A DNA stretch of 64,000 bases from Octopus sinensis (Eukaryota): the NCBI RefSeq assembly GCF_006345805.1, contig NC_043001.1:86614001-86678000 (forward strand), written 5' to 3'. The notes under the pieces were generated by a model. It was not told the origin of the DNA, ran no database searches, and saw nothing but the letters and a program-made list of their open reading frames with translations. Below are positions 1 through 15,000 of this stretch, one piece after another; position 1 is the first letter of the stretch, and each line of letters starts with the position of its first letter. The position numbers and the translations under genes were made by a program.

Positions 1-590
1 TTTTGAGCATCTCTGCAGTGATTCCTGATGAGCTGAGGGCTTTCCCTGTCTTCATACCCTTAACTGCTTTATCTACCAAGGTACTGTCAGTTCAGATAGC
101 TGGTCTCTCAGTTGAGTCGACATTCAGCAGACTTTATTTCTCCCATTCATTTTGCAACCTTTCATAGTGATGTCTACAAGTCTCTCTCTTTGCAGCCTCG
201 TTTAATGCAAGTGAACCATCATCCATATGGACACGTTTCTCTCCTATGACATCACGATTCTCTCTCACGTACTGTCTTGCAACACAAAGCACCTCAAGTC
301 CTTGGTCCTCACGACAAAGAACATTGGCTTATTTTTTCTTATCTGCTTCCCCTCTGTCTCCTAGCTTCCCTTCTGGCACTCTTATACAATTCCATGCTAC
401 CACCGTTCTTCCAGTCCTTCCATGCCTGCTTCTTTTCCCTAGTGGCCCTGTCAACTACATTGTCCCACCACCACGTTACCTTGGATCAAGAGGGGACTTT
501 GCACCATCCACAGATCTGGTCAGTAGCCCTCAACAGGTTGTCAAAAGCTTTGAGTAATACGTCTCTAAATCTCTGTCCATTCACTTGACA
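1..590 (-). mobile_element. Degenerate RTE-clade LINE fragment (region upstream of the RT core)
   Basis: Minus strand of 1-80 reads LVDKAVKGMKTGKALSSSGITAEMLK, the 'K.K.GKA.GPSGI.AEMLK' pre-RT motif of RTE LINEs; interrupted frames. Confidence 0.7.
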
Positions 591-1055
591 ACCTGTGTTG
601 GTGAGTTTATATCCCCATTACTTAGCAGTTTGACAAAAGAGACTGATACACTAAGCTTCAAGCTTATTTTAAAAATATATCCTGGGATTGATTCATCTGA
701 CTAAAATATCAAGGCAGCAGTGATTCAGCATGATCACCATCTGACACAAGCAAGTAAAAGATAAAATGTGTATTTATACACTGTTTTTCAATGTCTATGT
801 TTACAGCCATTATATATATATATATATATATATATATTGCAAAGATAATCTGGAACTCGACTGAGGAAAGAAAACTACGAATGACCCATCCTTGTTTTCT
901 TTGTATCGTCTGTCTGGATGTTTTGTCCCTTTTTTGTATCACTTAACTGTCTGGATGTTTTGTGTTCTTGTCCCATTTTTGTATTTTACACACACACACA
1001 CTAAATTTTTGTTATATTTTTTCCATAAAAGTTTTTTTTCTTCCTCTAATTGCAG

Positions 1056-1127
1056 ACTTACACTGTTGATGACTCTGAAGATCTTAAGTATGATGTTCAT
1101 TTCTGGATTGGTAAAGATAGTTCTCAG
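1056..1127 (+). CDS. Gelsolin-like exon ([24 protein letters not shown])
   Basis: ttgcag acceptor, gtaata donor, 72 bp; repeat-1 HFWIG motif. Confidence 0.9.
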
Positions 1128-4100
1128 GTAATAAATACTTCTAATTGGTAATCTATATTCTCTACAGCTATTATTGGGTTAATCATTCAATTGCATTTTG
1201 TATTTGTTAGGAAATCAACTTTTATAATTACTTTTACATAACCCTCTATTTTTTTTTAACAAATAGAATAAACAATAGTATCATGTGACCTTCTTAGCCA
1301 TGCAATATACACCACAGTTCAAGGAAATAAGATCACTTAAAGGTTATGGGTTCATTCCCTGCTAAAGGTAGGAATTGAAAAACAGCAGGAGGACACCTTT
1401 GAGTCATGACCTAGGTGAACCTGGTTCCATTACAGTGTCTGGAACTAGTAGACTGAAACACTTGCTTGACAGAAATTCTTCCTCTGAAGATATCTCCCTT
1501 TGTCTACTTGCCCAATAACAACTTATCACTTCCTACAGTATTAAATGCCTTTAATAATTTTACAGTCCACTAAACCATTAAATACCCTTAAAAAACCCTT
1601 TTTAACATTTTGAAATTATTCAAGAGGTTAATTAAAATAAAGTAAAAGTACTTTTAAACATATAACTCCTGTAATTTTAAAACTGATAAGAAAACTTACC
1701 TTTTAATTTTACTTAATGTATATGTAGCTGCTGGCATGGCTATGTGGTTAAGAAGCTCACTATGCAACCATGGTATTTTGGGTTCAGTCCCACTGTGTGG
1801 CACCCTGGGGAAGTTCTATATTGGTCAACCTATATCTTATGAGTGAATTTGATGATCAAACTATGGAAGCCCATTATATGTATAACAGAAATAACTAATA
1901 TTTTAAGGACAAAATATTATTGGATAGTGATTATTTTTGTTTAATTTTTTAGGATGAATATGGAACAGCAGCTTATAAAACTGTTGAGCTAGATACTCTG
2001 CTAGATGATAAAGCTGTACAACATCGAGAAGTTCAAGGACGAGAGAGTGATCTGTTTAAATCCTACTTTGAAAAGTTAATGTAAGTTTTTGTTAAGTTTT
2101 AAATATTTACATACTAAAATACATCTGACAGTTTTTATGAATCCTTATCGAAAACATGACATTTTATTTCAGTTATTTGGATTATCACTGTACTTTAGTG
2201 AAGTTCTCACAGAGAAATGGGAACTTTGATGGTAATGCCTTTCCCAGAAACCTCTGTAAAGTAAAAAAAAAAGGGGGGGAAATAACCAGTAACTTAACTC
2301 TCATGTGATGTTGGTTTATTGGTGCCCTATCATATTCTTTATGGTGCTCATATTTATGCATATAATTGTATGTGTGAGCATGTATGAATGTTTATAGGTG
2401 TGCATGTATTCATGTGAATAATACACACACACACACCTCCATACATGTATGAAATATATCTATATACATAAAAGTGTAATTGTATCAGTCTGTGTGTATG
2501 TTTGGGGGTTACTCTACCTCCTCCCACACCGTCCAACGGATTTTAATTATTTTTGGCACATAGGTAGATCACATGACCTGAAGTTCAAATAAGACCAGAA
2601 TTTTTCGAAAACTCAATAATGCTCAGTTGGCATCGATTTTTCTGAGCTCAATCAGGTGTTTGAATGGAAATTCCTGTCATGATGTTATTTTTCCCGCAGC
2701 TTTTGCATTTTTTGTCCAGTTTTGATGAAAATCGATGAGTAAGCAAGGCTCATGGCAGTGAGTTGATGTCAATATATGGCATTGACAAAAAAATCAATAA
2801 TTGCGCCTGAGCAGTGGTTTTATAAAATCAATAGGCTTTTCGCATGCTAATACCCGTAGGGATTTTTTTTTTGGCTGTAACTTTAAATTTTTCATCCAAT
2901 TTTAATGAAATTTGAGATTTCAAGGTTGACTATGCCTTTTATTCTTTTGGGGCCATTAAAATAAGTACCAATTAAACACTGAGAGCAACATAAATGACTA
3001 ATCTCTCACCCAAAATTTCAGACCTTGTGCCTCTAGAAGAAATTATTATTAGTAATAGTAGTAGTAGTAGTAAGATGGCAGAATCATTAGCACACCGGAC
3101 AAAATGCTTTGTGGCATTTCATCCATCTTTACATTCTGAGTTCAAATTCCACCAAGGTCAACTTTGCCTTTTATCCTTTCAGGCTTGACAAAATGAGTAC
3201 CAGTTGAGTCCTGGAATCAATGTAATCAACTAGCCTCTTTACCCAAAAGTTCTGGCCTTGTGCATAGAGAAGAAAGGATAATTATTATTAAGGTAGCAGG
3301 CTAACAATTTGAGTTCAAATTCGGCTGAGGCCAACTTTGCCTTTTATCCTTTCAGGGCCAATGAAATAATTACCAGTTGAATACTGGGGTCAATGTAATC
3401 AACTTATCTCCTCCTCGAAATTGCTAGCCTTGTGTCAAAATTTGAAACCTTTGTTGTTGTTGTGGCATAGTAGTAGTAGTATTAAAGAAATTTGATTCCC
3501 CAAGTAACATTACTTATAGTAAAGTTTTTTAAATCTAATTTTCATGATCATCTTACAGAATATTAGAAGGAGGTGCAGAAACTGGTTTCAGACATGTTCA
3601 ACCTGAAAATTACCGACCCAGACTTTTACGTTTTGTTGGCTCAAAAAAGAACATTGAAATGATGGAAGTAAGTAGATATTTTTATATTTTCTTTAACTTG
3701 TTTCAGTCATTGGACAGTGGCCAGGCTGGCATACCACCTTGAAGGATATTAGTTGAACACATTGACCCTAGTATTTATTTATATCAATAAAGATTCGAGC
3801 GAGGTCATTGCCAGTACTGCCTGACTGGCCCCCGTGCCGGTGGCACGTAAGAGCACCCACTACACTCTTGGAGTGGTTGGCATTAGGAAGGGCATCCAGC
3901 TATAGTAGGAGACATTTGCTTGTTGTGTTGTACTCTGCCAGATCAAGACTGGTGCCTGGTGCAGCCATCTGGTTCACCAGCCCTCAGTCAAACTATCCAA
4001 CCCATGCTAGCATAATTTCATCATCATCATTTTAACATCCACTTTTCCATGCTCACATGGGTTAGGTGGAGTTTGTTGAGGCAGATTTTCTATTGCCAGA

Positions 4101-7100
4101 TGTCCTTTCCTGTTGCTAGCCCTTTTTCAGTGGGCTTTGGCCATGCTTGGACATTATCCTGAAGAGTTTAGGCAAACAAATCAACCCCCAGTACTAATTT
4201 TTTTTTTTACAATTCTGGTATTTGTTCTATTTGCCAAACTGCTAAGCTGTGAGGATGAAAGCTCAGCAACACCAGTTCAAAGCAACATGGGAGGGAGAAT
4301 ACTAAATCATACACATATTATACAACAGGCTCTTACACATGGTTTCCAGCTTGCTTATAGTGTTGTACAGTGAAAGTGAAACTACGTGGCTACAAAACAA
4401 GCTTCTTAACCATATAGCCATGCCTGCACCTACGTAGAAAACCTTCAAAACTTTTGCTAATACCAAAGGTAACTGTAGTGAGGTAAGTTATCACTCTGGT
4501 CAATTTCAAAAGTTTGGTAAAGGAAAGGTATAACTCTGTGCCAAGAGCTATCTCATGTTGCTCAGTATGAAACTTGTGTGTGGCCAGAGGTAATCATCAT
4601 ACAAACAGCAGGGTTCCAGCCAGTTTATTTTGCTTGTTATTGAATATAAAAGAATGATACTTTAATAATGTATTTCATCAGTTTTCACATGAGCATAAGA
4701 CCTTTCAATGAGAAACCTAAGAAAGGGGAGTTAACCTTGAATACAGTATTCAGTAATGTGATATTTGTAACCAGTTTGGCTACAGAATATTGCTGCCCTG
4801 TTTAGGTATACAAGCAAAGTTACAGAATTTTATGCTTTAGCTGTATGTGTAAAATGTAATAGGACAGTTAACTTTCTATTAGTTTGCATTCTTTGTGAGT
4901 ATGTTGTTGTAACAGACCTATCATCAAAGGCATTCCAGCCAAAACTGTCTTGTCATTGTAGGGATATGCATGACTGCATTATTCACTGTGTATTCCTTTT
5001 CTAAGAGAGCAGAATGTGATTTGAGTGAAATTTTGTTGTTATTTTTAGCAAGTCAAGCAACTATTGTAAAAGCTCTCTTATTTGGTGATCTTATATAATA
5101 AACAGGCGTTTTTGAGTGTGCATGTATGTGTGATACCATCATCCACTTTCTCATGTTTTCATGGGTTGAAGGGAATTTATTGGAGCAGATTTTTTTACAC
5201 TTGGTTGCCTTTCACGTCATGAATCCTCACTTGTTTCCAAACAAGAAGGTAATATTTCCTATGGCCTCACATATTTTCATGGAAAATTGGAAACAAATAA
5301 CACTGCTTGTTTGATGCTGATACTTGTTTATATATATCCAATGTCATCAAGACAAGGACACACACACACAATGGGCTTCTTTCATTTTCCATCAACAAAG
5401 TTCATCACAAAGCTCTAACCAGTCCAGGGCAATAGTAGAAGACACTTGCTCAAGGTGCCAGGTAAGGGCAGTTTCACACCTCTCCTTGAAAAATGCATTT
5501 GTTTGAAAATATTTTTTGAGATTCCTACGTTTCAGATGTTGTAGATTACAAATATGCAAAAAAAAATTTGGTTTTTTAGGTCCACCAGAGAGGTGGGGTG
5601 AAATTTGAAAAATTTAAAATTTGGGAGAAGGGGAGGTTGAGGTCAGCATTTTAAATTTGGAAAAGGTGGTTTTAAAAAAAAATTTCGAAAAGGTTCAAAA
5701 TTTTTAATGGGAGGTGGGGGATTAAAAATATTTTTTTTCTTTTTTTTTTTGCATGTTTGTAATCTTTGGTATCTGAGACATAGGAATTGCAACAAATATT
5801 TTCAAAAAAAGGCATTTTTCAAGGAGCAGTGTGAAATTGCATTAGCCCCAAGGTGTCATATAATGGAATCGAACCTGCACTATTTGTAAGAATATGTTTA
5901 TATGTTTATATAAATTATTTTTTAAATTTCTTTTAGGTTCCAAAACACCCAAGCTGTTTGAACGATTGTGATGTGTTTATACTTGACAAGGGTGATGTGA
6001 TCTATCAGATGAATACACCTGATAGTAACAAAGATGAACGCTTTAAGGTAATATTCCTTTCATCATTCATTGAAGTGTATCTCAATGAGACCTCAAGTTG
6101 ACATAAGTAGTTCTCATATTTGTAACAGCCAAGAAATATTTTATTGGCTCTCTAGAAAACAAAGCTTCTGTTAATGTTTACATCCTCTTCTTCAATTGAT
6201 ATAGTTGTCTTCTTCATTATTTTATCATTATTTTCAACATCCATTTTTCTGTTTGCATGGATCAGATGAAATTCATTGAAGCAGAAAGCAGGTTTTCTAC
6301 AGCTAAATATTTCCTATAGTCACAACTTGCCTGTTACCAATCGAATAAATGTTTTGTCATAACTAGATATGGTTTTCATGGAAGATTGTAAATGAACAAT
6401 GCTTGTTTACAACCATCACATGATGTCAAGTCTAGGAGACACTCCCTGCTCCCACACTCACATGTATGACAAACTTCTTTCAGTTTTTGTTGACCAAAAC
6501 TTAAAACATTGGTCAGTCTCATGCAATAGTAGATGTTTACTCAAGCTGCTGCAGAGTAGAACTTTGTAGCACCTTGGGCTTGGGAATAAATAAGTAAAAT
6601 TTATATGTAGCAACTTACTTCCACTAATTAAATTGGTTGAGTTGTGTTGAGAACCTAGAAATATTAGCTTACAAAAGCTCAGATAACCTGAACAAATGTA
6701 AAAATACTTACCATGGGCCTCCAAAAACACGTTTTCACAATTTGCTGTTGTCTATTCTTAATTGAGTCTTGATAAAGCATAACCATGATCTAAAAAGTTT
6801 CAGAATAAGCTGCCGGACGAGATAGTGAAGATGCCGACGACTGCTCGGTTCAAAGTCTCTCTTGATCAGAAATGGCCTGAACTCTTTGTATGACCACCCT
6901 CCCTGTACATAGCTCCCCGTCCCCCTACATAGCCTTGCTCTTGCTTTTTGAACCAATAAAAATTGAATTGAATTGAATAGAAATATCTATTCATATTTCT
7001 TTTAAAACTATATGGTTAATTTGTAGGAGTTTTGACTGTTATTACTAGTTAATAAGCTAATTGCGTAGACACTCCTTAGTTGGATTGTTACTGCCCAGTA

Positions 7101-9480
7101 TATTTACGTAATGATTTACAATCTCTCACAGTTTGGCAAGTTCCAAAGCTACACTTCTGCTGATTAAATTAAACGGAACATGCTTAAAATTACCTCCCTT
7201 GTGAAATTTAAAAATTCAGTTTTATTCAACTACCAAGTTTCAAATATAAGAATGACACAATTTACAGTATTCTTTAAGTAAGTTACTTTCAGATTGACAT
7301 ATGCTCGACACCCTAACAAAATATGCCTATTTTGCATTTTTTCTCCTTGTTCTCTATAAGTGAGAAAGACAGAACATTATTTATGTCCATATAATTCTTT
7401 TTCCTATGGTAAGGTGTTAAATGAGTTTTAAAAGTTAAACACTATCTTAAGGGTGGTATTTTGTCCAACCTCTTTTCAATCCTCACTAGCTCAGACCCCA
7501 GGTGGGGGAGCAGGTGTGGGGCCTGATCTTACTTGTGAGAAATGCTACTCTACATGGTTCTCTTTAAGTAGAGCCAATGAGGATTGAGTTCAACTAGTAC
7601 ATTAGTTTAGGACTCAGAAAGCTAAAGAAGGGTCGTAATTGTTTGCTGGATTTCCTTTCTAAACAAATAGATAAAGCTTAGGACTCTTGAATTTTGAAAA
7701 CCTCTCACCTCATGATGGGACCCAAAAATAGTTTTACTAAATTTTTCCAACATGTTAGAATTAATCAATTGGTTGACTCCAGAGTATTTTACCTCAGTGA
7801 TATATTTCTGTTTTCGAAATTCACCTATTCTTATACAATATTGTATTTATTTATAGGGATTCACTCTCATTATTACTCCCCTTTGTACAGGCATAGGTAT
7901 AGCTGTGATTAAGAAATTCTCTTCCCCCAACCATGTAGTTTCAGGTTCGGTCCCAATTTGAGGTATCTTGTCTAAACACCACAAGCCATTTTGACTCAAA
8001 CTCTACCAGTTCTTTCAATCCATCACCATTATATTAAAAATCATTGTGAAAAAAAGCCTGGTTTTGAATATTTACTCATCATTTGTGTAATTTCATACAT
8101 AAATTTTCTATGAAAATACATAAATTTGTGCATCTATCAAAGACATTGGAAGGATCTGAAAAGATTTTACCTGAAAAAATGTTATTTATCAATTTATTTT
8201 TCCATATAAGAAAAGAAGGTTGATTTATGGTTTTATTTTATTTCATATTTGTTTACTTTTTTAGGCTCTACAATTTTTACAAGGGTTGAAATCTGAAAGA
8301 GGCAGTGTTGAAGTTGAAACCTTAGAACAAGCCGATACCAGATCCTCTGTAAGTTTGTAGACTGATGATACTTTTGAAGATTATTTCATGATTATTTGAC
8401 CATAAACATTCTACCAACAACTGTATATCTGTTCTCATCTGGTAACCAAAGTTAAACAATGTCAAATCTAGTTAGTAATTAGACAGACAGGTGACTGCTT
8501 ATGTAACACTGGAAATGTTAGCTCTGTAAGAAATTATCATGAGGCTGTGGCATTATCAGAGATTTCTACCTCGTGAGCAGATGTGGTCACCTTTTGGTGA
8601 ACATGTTTTCCCTTACTGCACATTGTCAATGACTGTAATTCTGTGTCAACTGATGATCAGCGCTAAATATCTGGTTCCTGGAATGTTGTATGACACTAGT
8701 GCTGGCACTATGTAAAAGGCACCCAGTACACTTTGTAAAGTTGTTGGTTTTAGGAAGGGCATCTTGTCAAAGCAAACAGTAGAGCTTGATGCCGTCCTCT
8801 GGCTTGACAGCACCTATCAAACCATTCAACCCATGATAGCATAGAAGGCAGATGTTAAATGATGATGAATAGCAGACAGGCTGAGCTGTGGGATTGAAAC
8901 CAGAAACATGTAACTGCAAGGCATGCTTCTTAACCACTCACATGTTTATAATAATACTCTATATAAAAATTAGTACTGGGGTCGATACATTTCATTAAAA
9001 ATTCTTCAGTGTAGTGCCCCAGCATGGGCACAGTCTAATGACAGAGACGAGTAAAATGGCAGTGAGCTGGCAGAAATGTTAGCATGCTGGGCGAAATGCT
9101 TAGCCATATTTCGTCTGCATTACGTTCTGAGTTCAAATTCCGCCAAGGTCAACTTTGTCTTTCATCCTTTCGGGGTTGATAAATTAAATACCATTTGCAT
9201 ACTGCATTGATCTAATCGACTGCCCCCCACACCAAAAATTTCGAAACTTGTGCCTAGAGTAGAAAAGAAATGAGTAAAAAATAAAAGATGTCTGTGTGTG
9301 TATGTAAGATCCAATGTGTTTTAAGGATTTGGTGACCAATAATTATGTTTCCTTTTCTAGCATGATTTCTATGAGTCTCTTACTGATGAGGAACCCACTG
9401 ATGTTGATGCTCCTATTGAAGAAATTGAGAAGACACTTTACAGGTATTTTTATCATTATGCCATATAACCATATACACAC

Positions 9481-9559
<79 letters not shown>

Positions 9560-10271
9560 GCGCGCATATATATATTCTCCCACTTGCAATAAATATCAAG
9601 TGCAAATAAACCAGCTGGAGATCTGGAGATGTCCTTCTAGGGTTAAAAAAGCATTGAGTTGTTGACAGTGACTTCGAAGTTTCAGCCTGCTAAGCCATTG
9701 TTGGACTGTGGTGCTTTGAGTTTCAGCTAGCTAAGCTACCTTTGGAATGCAGTGCATCATCAGATTGTGGTGTCTATACATAGTCTCTGTTGAGTTAGTC
9801 ATCTGTGGGTGTTTGGGTTTGTATGAGGAAATGTTAAGGGAAGGAATTTTGGAGGCATTTTTTATTTGTTAGATTTTGGGGTTATGTTATTGTTTAGAAT
9901 TTATTAATGCATGAAGAACTTTGTAACCAAGCCTGTAGGTTTTTCTATTGTGAGGTAGGCATGAGGTGTGACAGTATTTTTATTGCTTTTGGTTTTGTTG
10001 GATTTAATCTTTTTGCTTTGGCAATATAAAGATCATAAGAATATTGTTAGGTGGTAAGTTTAAGCTGGTCCTGTCTTGTTGCCATTTAGGGTATTTGCTG
10101 TTTTCATTTGTAAGATTGGGGGGTTATTAAGAGATTATATGAAGGTAAGACTAACTCTAATGCACTGCAGCCTGACAATGGCTTAGTTGGCCAAAACTTC
10201 AAAGTCACTATCAATAATAATAAATTTGTACTATTGTAAAATTGTTTTCATTACAACTGTACATAAAAACA

Positions 10272-10333
<62 letters not shown>

Positions 10334-10528
10334 CTCTTTTACTTGTTTCAGTCATTTGACTGAAGCCATGCTGGAGCACCGCCTTTAGTTGAGCAAATCA
10401 ACCCCAGGACTTATTCTTTGCAAGCCTAGTACTTATTCTATCAGTCTCTTTTGCCGAACCACTAAGTTACAGGGATGTAAACACGCCAGCATCAGTTGTC
10501 AAGCGATGTTGGGGGAACAGGCACACAA

Positions 10529-10581
<53 letters not shown>

Positions 10582-11950
10582 TACGACGGGCTTCTTTCAG
10601 TTTCTGTCTACCAAATCCACTCACAAGGCTTTGGTCGGCTCGAGGTTATAGTAGAAGACACTTGCCCAAGGTGCCACGCAGTGGGACTGAACCTGGAACC
10701 ATGTGGTTGGTAAGCAAGCTACTTATCACACAGCCACTCCTGCACCTATATATATATATTATATATATAAAGCACCATCCATACGTGGCCAATGCCAGCG
10801 CTGCCTTGACTAGCTTCCGTGTTGGTGGCACATAAAAAAGCACCAACCGATCATGGCCGTTGCCAGCCTTCCCTGGCACCTGTGCCAGTGGCACATAGAA
10901 AGCTCCCACTACACTCACAGAGGTTTGGGAAGGGCATCAAACTGTAGAAACACTGCCAGATCAGACTGGAGCTTGGTGCAGCCTTCTGGCTTCCCAGACC
11001 ACGGTCGAACCATCCAACCCATGCTAGCATGGAAAACAGACGTTAAACGATGATGATGAATGTTGAGCAATGCAAATGAGTGCTCAGCACCACACTGGTA
11101 GATAAAATTTCTGCCATTTTGGAGATGAACACCATCCTGCCAAATGGTCAGCTTGAAAAGCTGTTAGGATATTACAATAGTTATCTTAACGTGAAACCAA
11201 TGGTAGCCTTAATACACAAATGCATATATTAGCATTGTTTTTAACATCTACTTTTCCATTCTTGCATGGATCAAATGGAGATTTTTGAGGCAGGTTTCCT
11301 ATGGCCTGATACTATTCTGGTTGTCAGCCAGCACTTGTTTACATAGTCTGAGATGTTTCCCACAAAAGACTGGAAATGAAAAACCTCACTTGTATAGTGG
11401 TGATGCTCGTTTACAGCTTTCGTGTGATGTCTAGACAAAGGTAGACACACACACACACACGCACGCACACAACTGACTTCTACATAGTTTCTATTTACAA
11501 AATTCACTCACAAGGCATTGGTCAGCCCAAGGCTATAGCGAAAGACACTTGCTAAAGATTCTACACAGTGTAACTGAACTCAAAACCATATGGTCGTAAA
11601 GTGAGCTTCTTAACCACACATCCATACAAATGATATAAAGAATATACTTCGTCACTTTGCTTTTATCAATCAAAAAGTGTAACAGAGGCAGCTATAATAG
11701 GCATAACATCAACATGGTTGTTCTTTATAGATATCAACACCTCGTGGCACCTTCACTGTTCACTTTTCTGTTTTTCATTTTATTTTATGCGCAGGAGTGG
11801 TTATGTGGTAAGTAGCTTGCTAACCAACCACATGTTTCCGGGTTCAGTCCCACTGCGTGGCATCTTGGGCAAGTGTCTTCTGCTATAGCCCCGGGCCAAC
11901 CAAAGCCTTGTGAGTGGATTTGGTAGACGGAAACTGAAAGAAGCCTGTCG

Positions 11951-12006
<56 letters not shown>

Positions 12007-15000
12007 TGTATGTATGTATGTGTTTCTGTGTTTGTCCCTCCAGCATTGCTTGACAACCGATGCTGGTGTGTTTACGTCTCTGTAACTTAGCTGTTCAGCA
12101 AAAGAGACTGATAGAATAAGTACTGGGCTTACAAAGAATAAGTCCTGGGGTCGATTTGCTCGACTAAAGGCGGTGCTCCAGCATGGCCACAGTCAAATGA
12201 CTGAAACAAGTAAAAGAATATAAAAGAGTAATACATACATTTTTGACAATCACTGCTTTCTTTCTTTACTTGCCTTACTATTGCTTCCTGTCTCTCCTTT
12301 TACTCTTTTCTGATAAGTTGTAGTGTACCTGCACACTGTATATCACAAGCTCATTATTTTCTTATTTCTCACCTTCCTTGTTTTAAATATAAAAAAAATT
12401 CACGAGTCCGTCTGATCAATAGAGAAGTGGTAACTAAACTTTCACTATTTTTACTGTTTAGATACACTGACAAGGAATTCCAGGAAGTGAAAGTTGGTGA
12501 ATTCTCTAAAGCTGACTTGGCCACTGATGTAAGATATTGCTTTTGTTTTGTCTTTCTTTTTTTTTTATATATATTTTCTATATAGTTTTGTCATAAATTT
12601 ACTGTGCATACTATATTCAATGATACATTGGATGGTTATTGCTAGCTATTAATACCCCAGGACTGAGATTTAGGAAATAAGGTGTACTATCACAAGTTAC
12701 TAAAATTTGGAGGAGATTTATGTACTGCATCTATTAATGGGACCCTGGTCTGGGAGTCTCACGGTTTTGAGAAGTGTGGAACCACCTCTTAGCTACTATT
12801 CTTCCCAGATCTACTCTAGCCTGGAGTAGAAGCACCTGTCAGGTCCCAACATTGATCAAATGGAGATTATTGAGGCAGGTTTCCAATAGCCTGATACTGT
12901 TCTTGTTGTAACCACCATGAACAGGGTACATCAAAATCATGGGATGCAGCAGGGTGGATGTGAACTATTTCAGCAGATGGACTTATTGAGTCAATGGCAA
13001 ATATCAGTAGATGCTAAGTGGATGAATAGACAACAAACTGTCAATAACTAGGATCAACCAGTTCAGTTATCCAATTACTGCTATTGTCTATAGTTGTGGT
13101 ATGTCCAGATATTTCACTTAGTAAAAGACCAATGTGATTAAATTTCATACCTTCAAAATCAAATTTGATGACTGGCATCTGTGCCAGCAAGGTGCCAAGC
13201 GCACCATCTGAGCATGATTGTTGACAGAGCAACTAACTGGCTTCCGTGCCGTGGCACATAAAAGGGCACCATTCGAGCATGATTGTTACCAGTGTTGCCT
13301 TACTGGCACCTGTGTAAAAAGATTCGAGCAAGGTCATTGCCAGTACCGCCTGACTGATCCCCGTGCTGGTGGCACGTAAAAAGCACCCACTACACTCTCG
13401 GAGTGGTTGGCATTAGAAGGGCATCCAGCTGTAGAAACTCTGCCAGATCAAGATTGGAGCCTGGTGCAGCCATCTGGTTCACCAGCCCTCAGTCAAAATC
13501 GTCTAACTCATACTAGCATGGAAAGCGGACATTAAACGATGATGATGATAATGATGATGATTGTTCAATTGAGACAGCTGGTGTCTAGGTAAGCTACCTG
13601 ACCAGGATGGATGGCTGGATGGATGCACTGAGGAAAGATGAAGAATTGATTGATGGGTTCCATGAGAATAAAGGTCAACTTCAGAGTATTTGAAGAGGAC
13701 AGCATCCATATCTAAACCAGTCATTTGTAGGGTTTCACTGATCAAAGGTAATGTGTGTTTGTGCGTAGAGAGGGACATGCACTTTCGTGTGGGTGTATGT
13801 TAGTTAATATCTACTCACAAACATGTAGCAAAGTTGCAAGCAATGAATATGGTGGCCATATCTACAGAGGGTGGAGGCGCATGGCTTAGTGGTTAGGGTG
13901 TCAGCATCATGATCCTAAGATTGTGGTTTCGATTCCTGGACTGGGCGACGCATTGTGTTCTTGAGCAAAACACTTCATTTCACATTGCTCCAGTCCACTC
14001 AGCTGGCAAAAATGAGTAATGCTGTGATGGACTGGCGTCCCGTCCAGCTGGAGAACACATACACCATGGAAACCGGGCCCATGAGCCTGGCTAGGCTTTA
14101 AAAGGGCGCATTAATTAATTTTTTTTATCTAATGGTTGAGGGAACCTGTGGAAGAGGCAGACCCAGGAAAACCTGGGACGAGGTGGTGAAGCACGACCTT
14201 CGAACTTTAGGTCTCACTGAGGAAATGACTAGAGACCGAGACCTTTGGAAGTATGCTGTGCGTGAGAAGACCCGGCAAGACAAGTGAGACCATAACCCGT
14301 GGCCTCTACCTGGGATGTAGCCAGTCCACTTATGCATACCTTTCCTTCTTGAGACACAAAACTCTACTTGTGAAGACCTCTTGAGGCAAGTGAAATCAAA
14401 TCAAAAATCAAGATCAAAATCAAAATCGATCAACATCAAAAACCATCTGAACGTGGCCGTTGCCAGTGCCACCAGACTGGCCTCCGTGCCAGTGGCACGT
14501 AAAAAGCACCATCCAATCATGGCCGTTGCCAGCCTCGCCTGGCACGTAAAAGCACCCACTACACTCACCGAGTGGTTGGCGTTTAGAAAGGGCATCCAGC
14601 CGTAGAAACTTTGCCAGATCAGACTGGGCCTGGTGCAGCCCTCTGGATTCCCTGACCCCAGTTGAACCGTCCAACCCATGCTAGCATGGAAAGCGGACGC
14701 TAAATGATGATGATGATCTACAGAGGAAGGGAAAAGAGTGTTGATAATAGAATTTTGTAAAATTGGTAGAAATTTCTCAGCAAGTAAGGCACAAAGACTG
14801 GCTACAAATGAAGTGTTGAGAAAAGCTACCAACCATTCATGTATGAAAGCATCCATTGCTTTCCATCTAGCTATCTTACAGAAGTTTCAGCCTGAATAAG
14901 TGACTTTCTATTAGTTGATTTCCTCTTGGGATTGTGAACTGTTTTTGTTTCACTCTTGTGCATCTGCATGTGGAATGCCTTAGAGTTTGCTGAATTATTG

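Noticed and set aside
855-890. CTGAGGA...CGAA motif resembling a hammerhead remnant
   Set aside because: GAAA and the stems are not recoverable in this copy.
9314-9592. ORF-track protein overlapping the 9361-9443 exon
   Set aside because: It is in the wrong frame; the spliced gelsolin frame explains the region.
13871-13950. tRNA gene
   Set aside because: Box A and B are present, but there is no full cloverleaf and the sequence runs into a repeated SINE body; the same holds for the other SINE heads.
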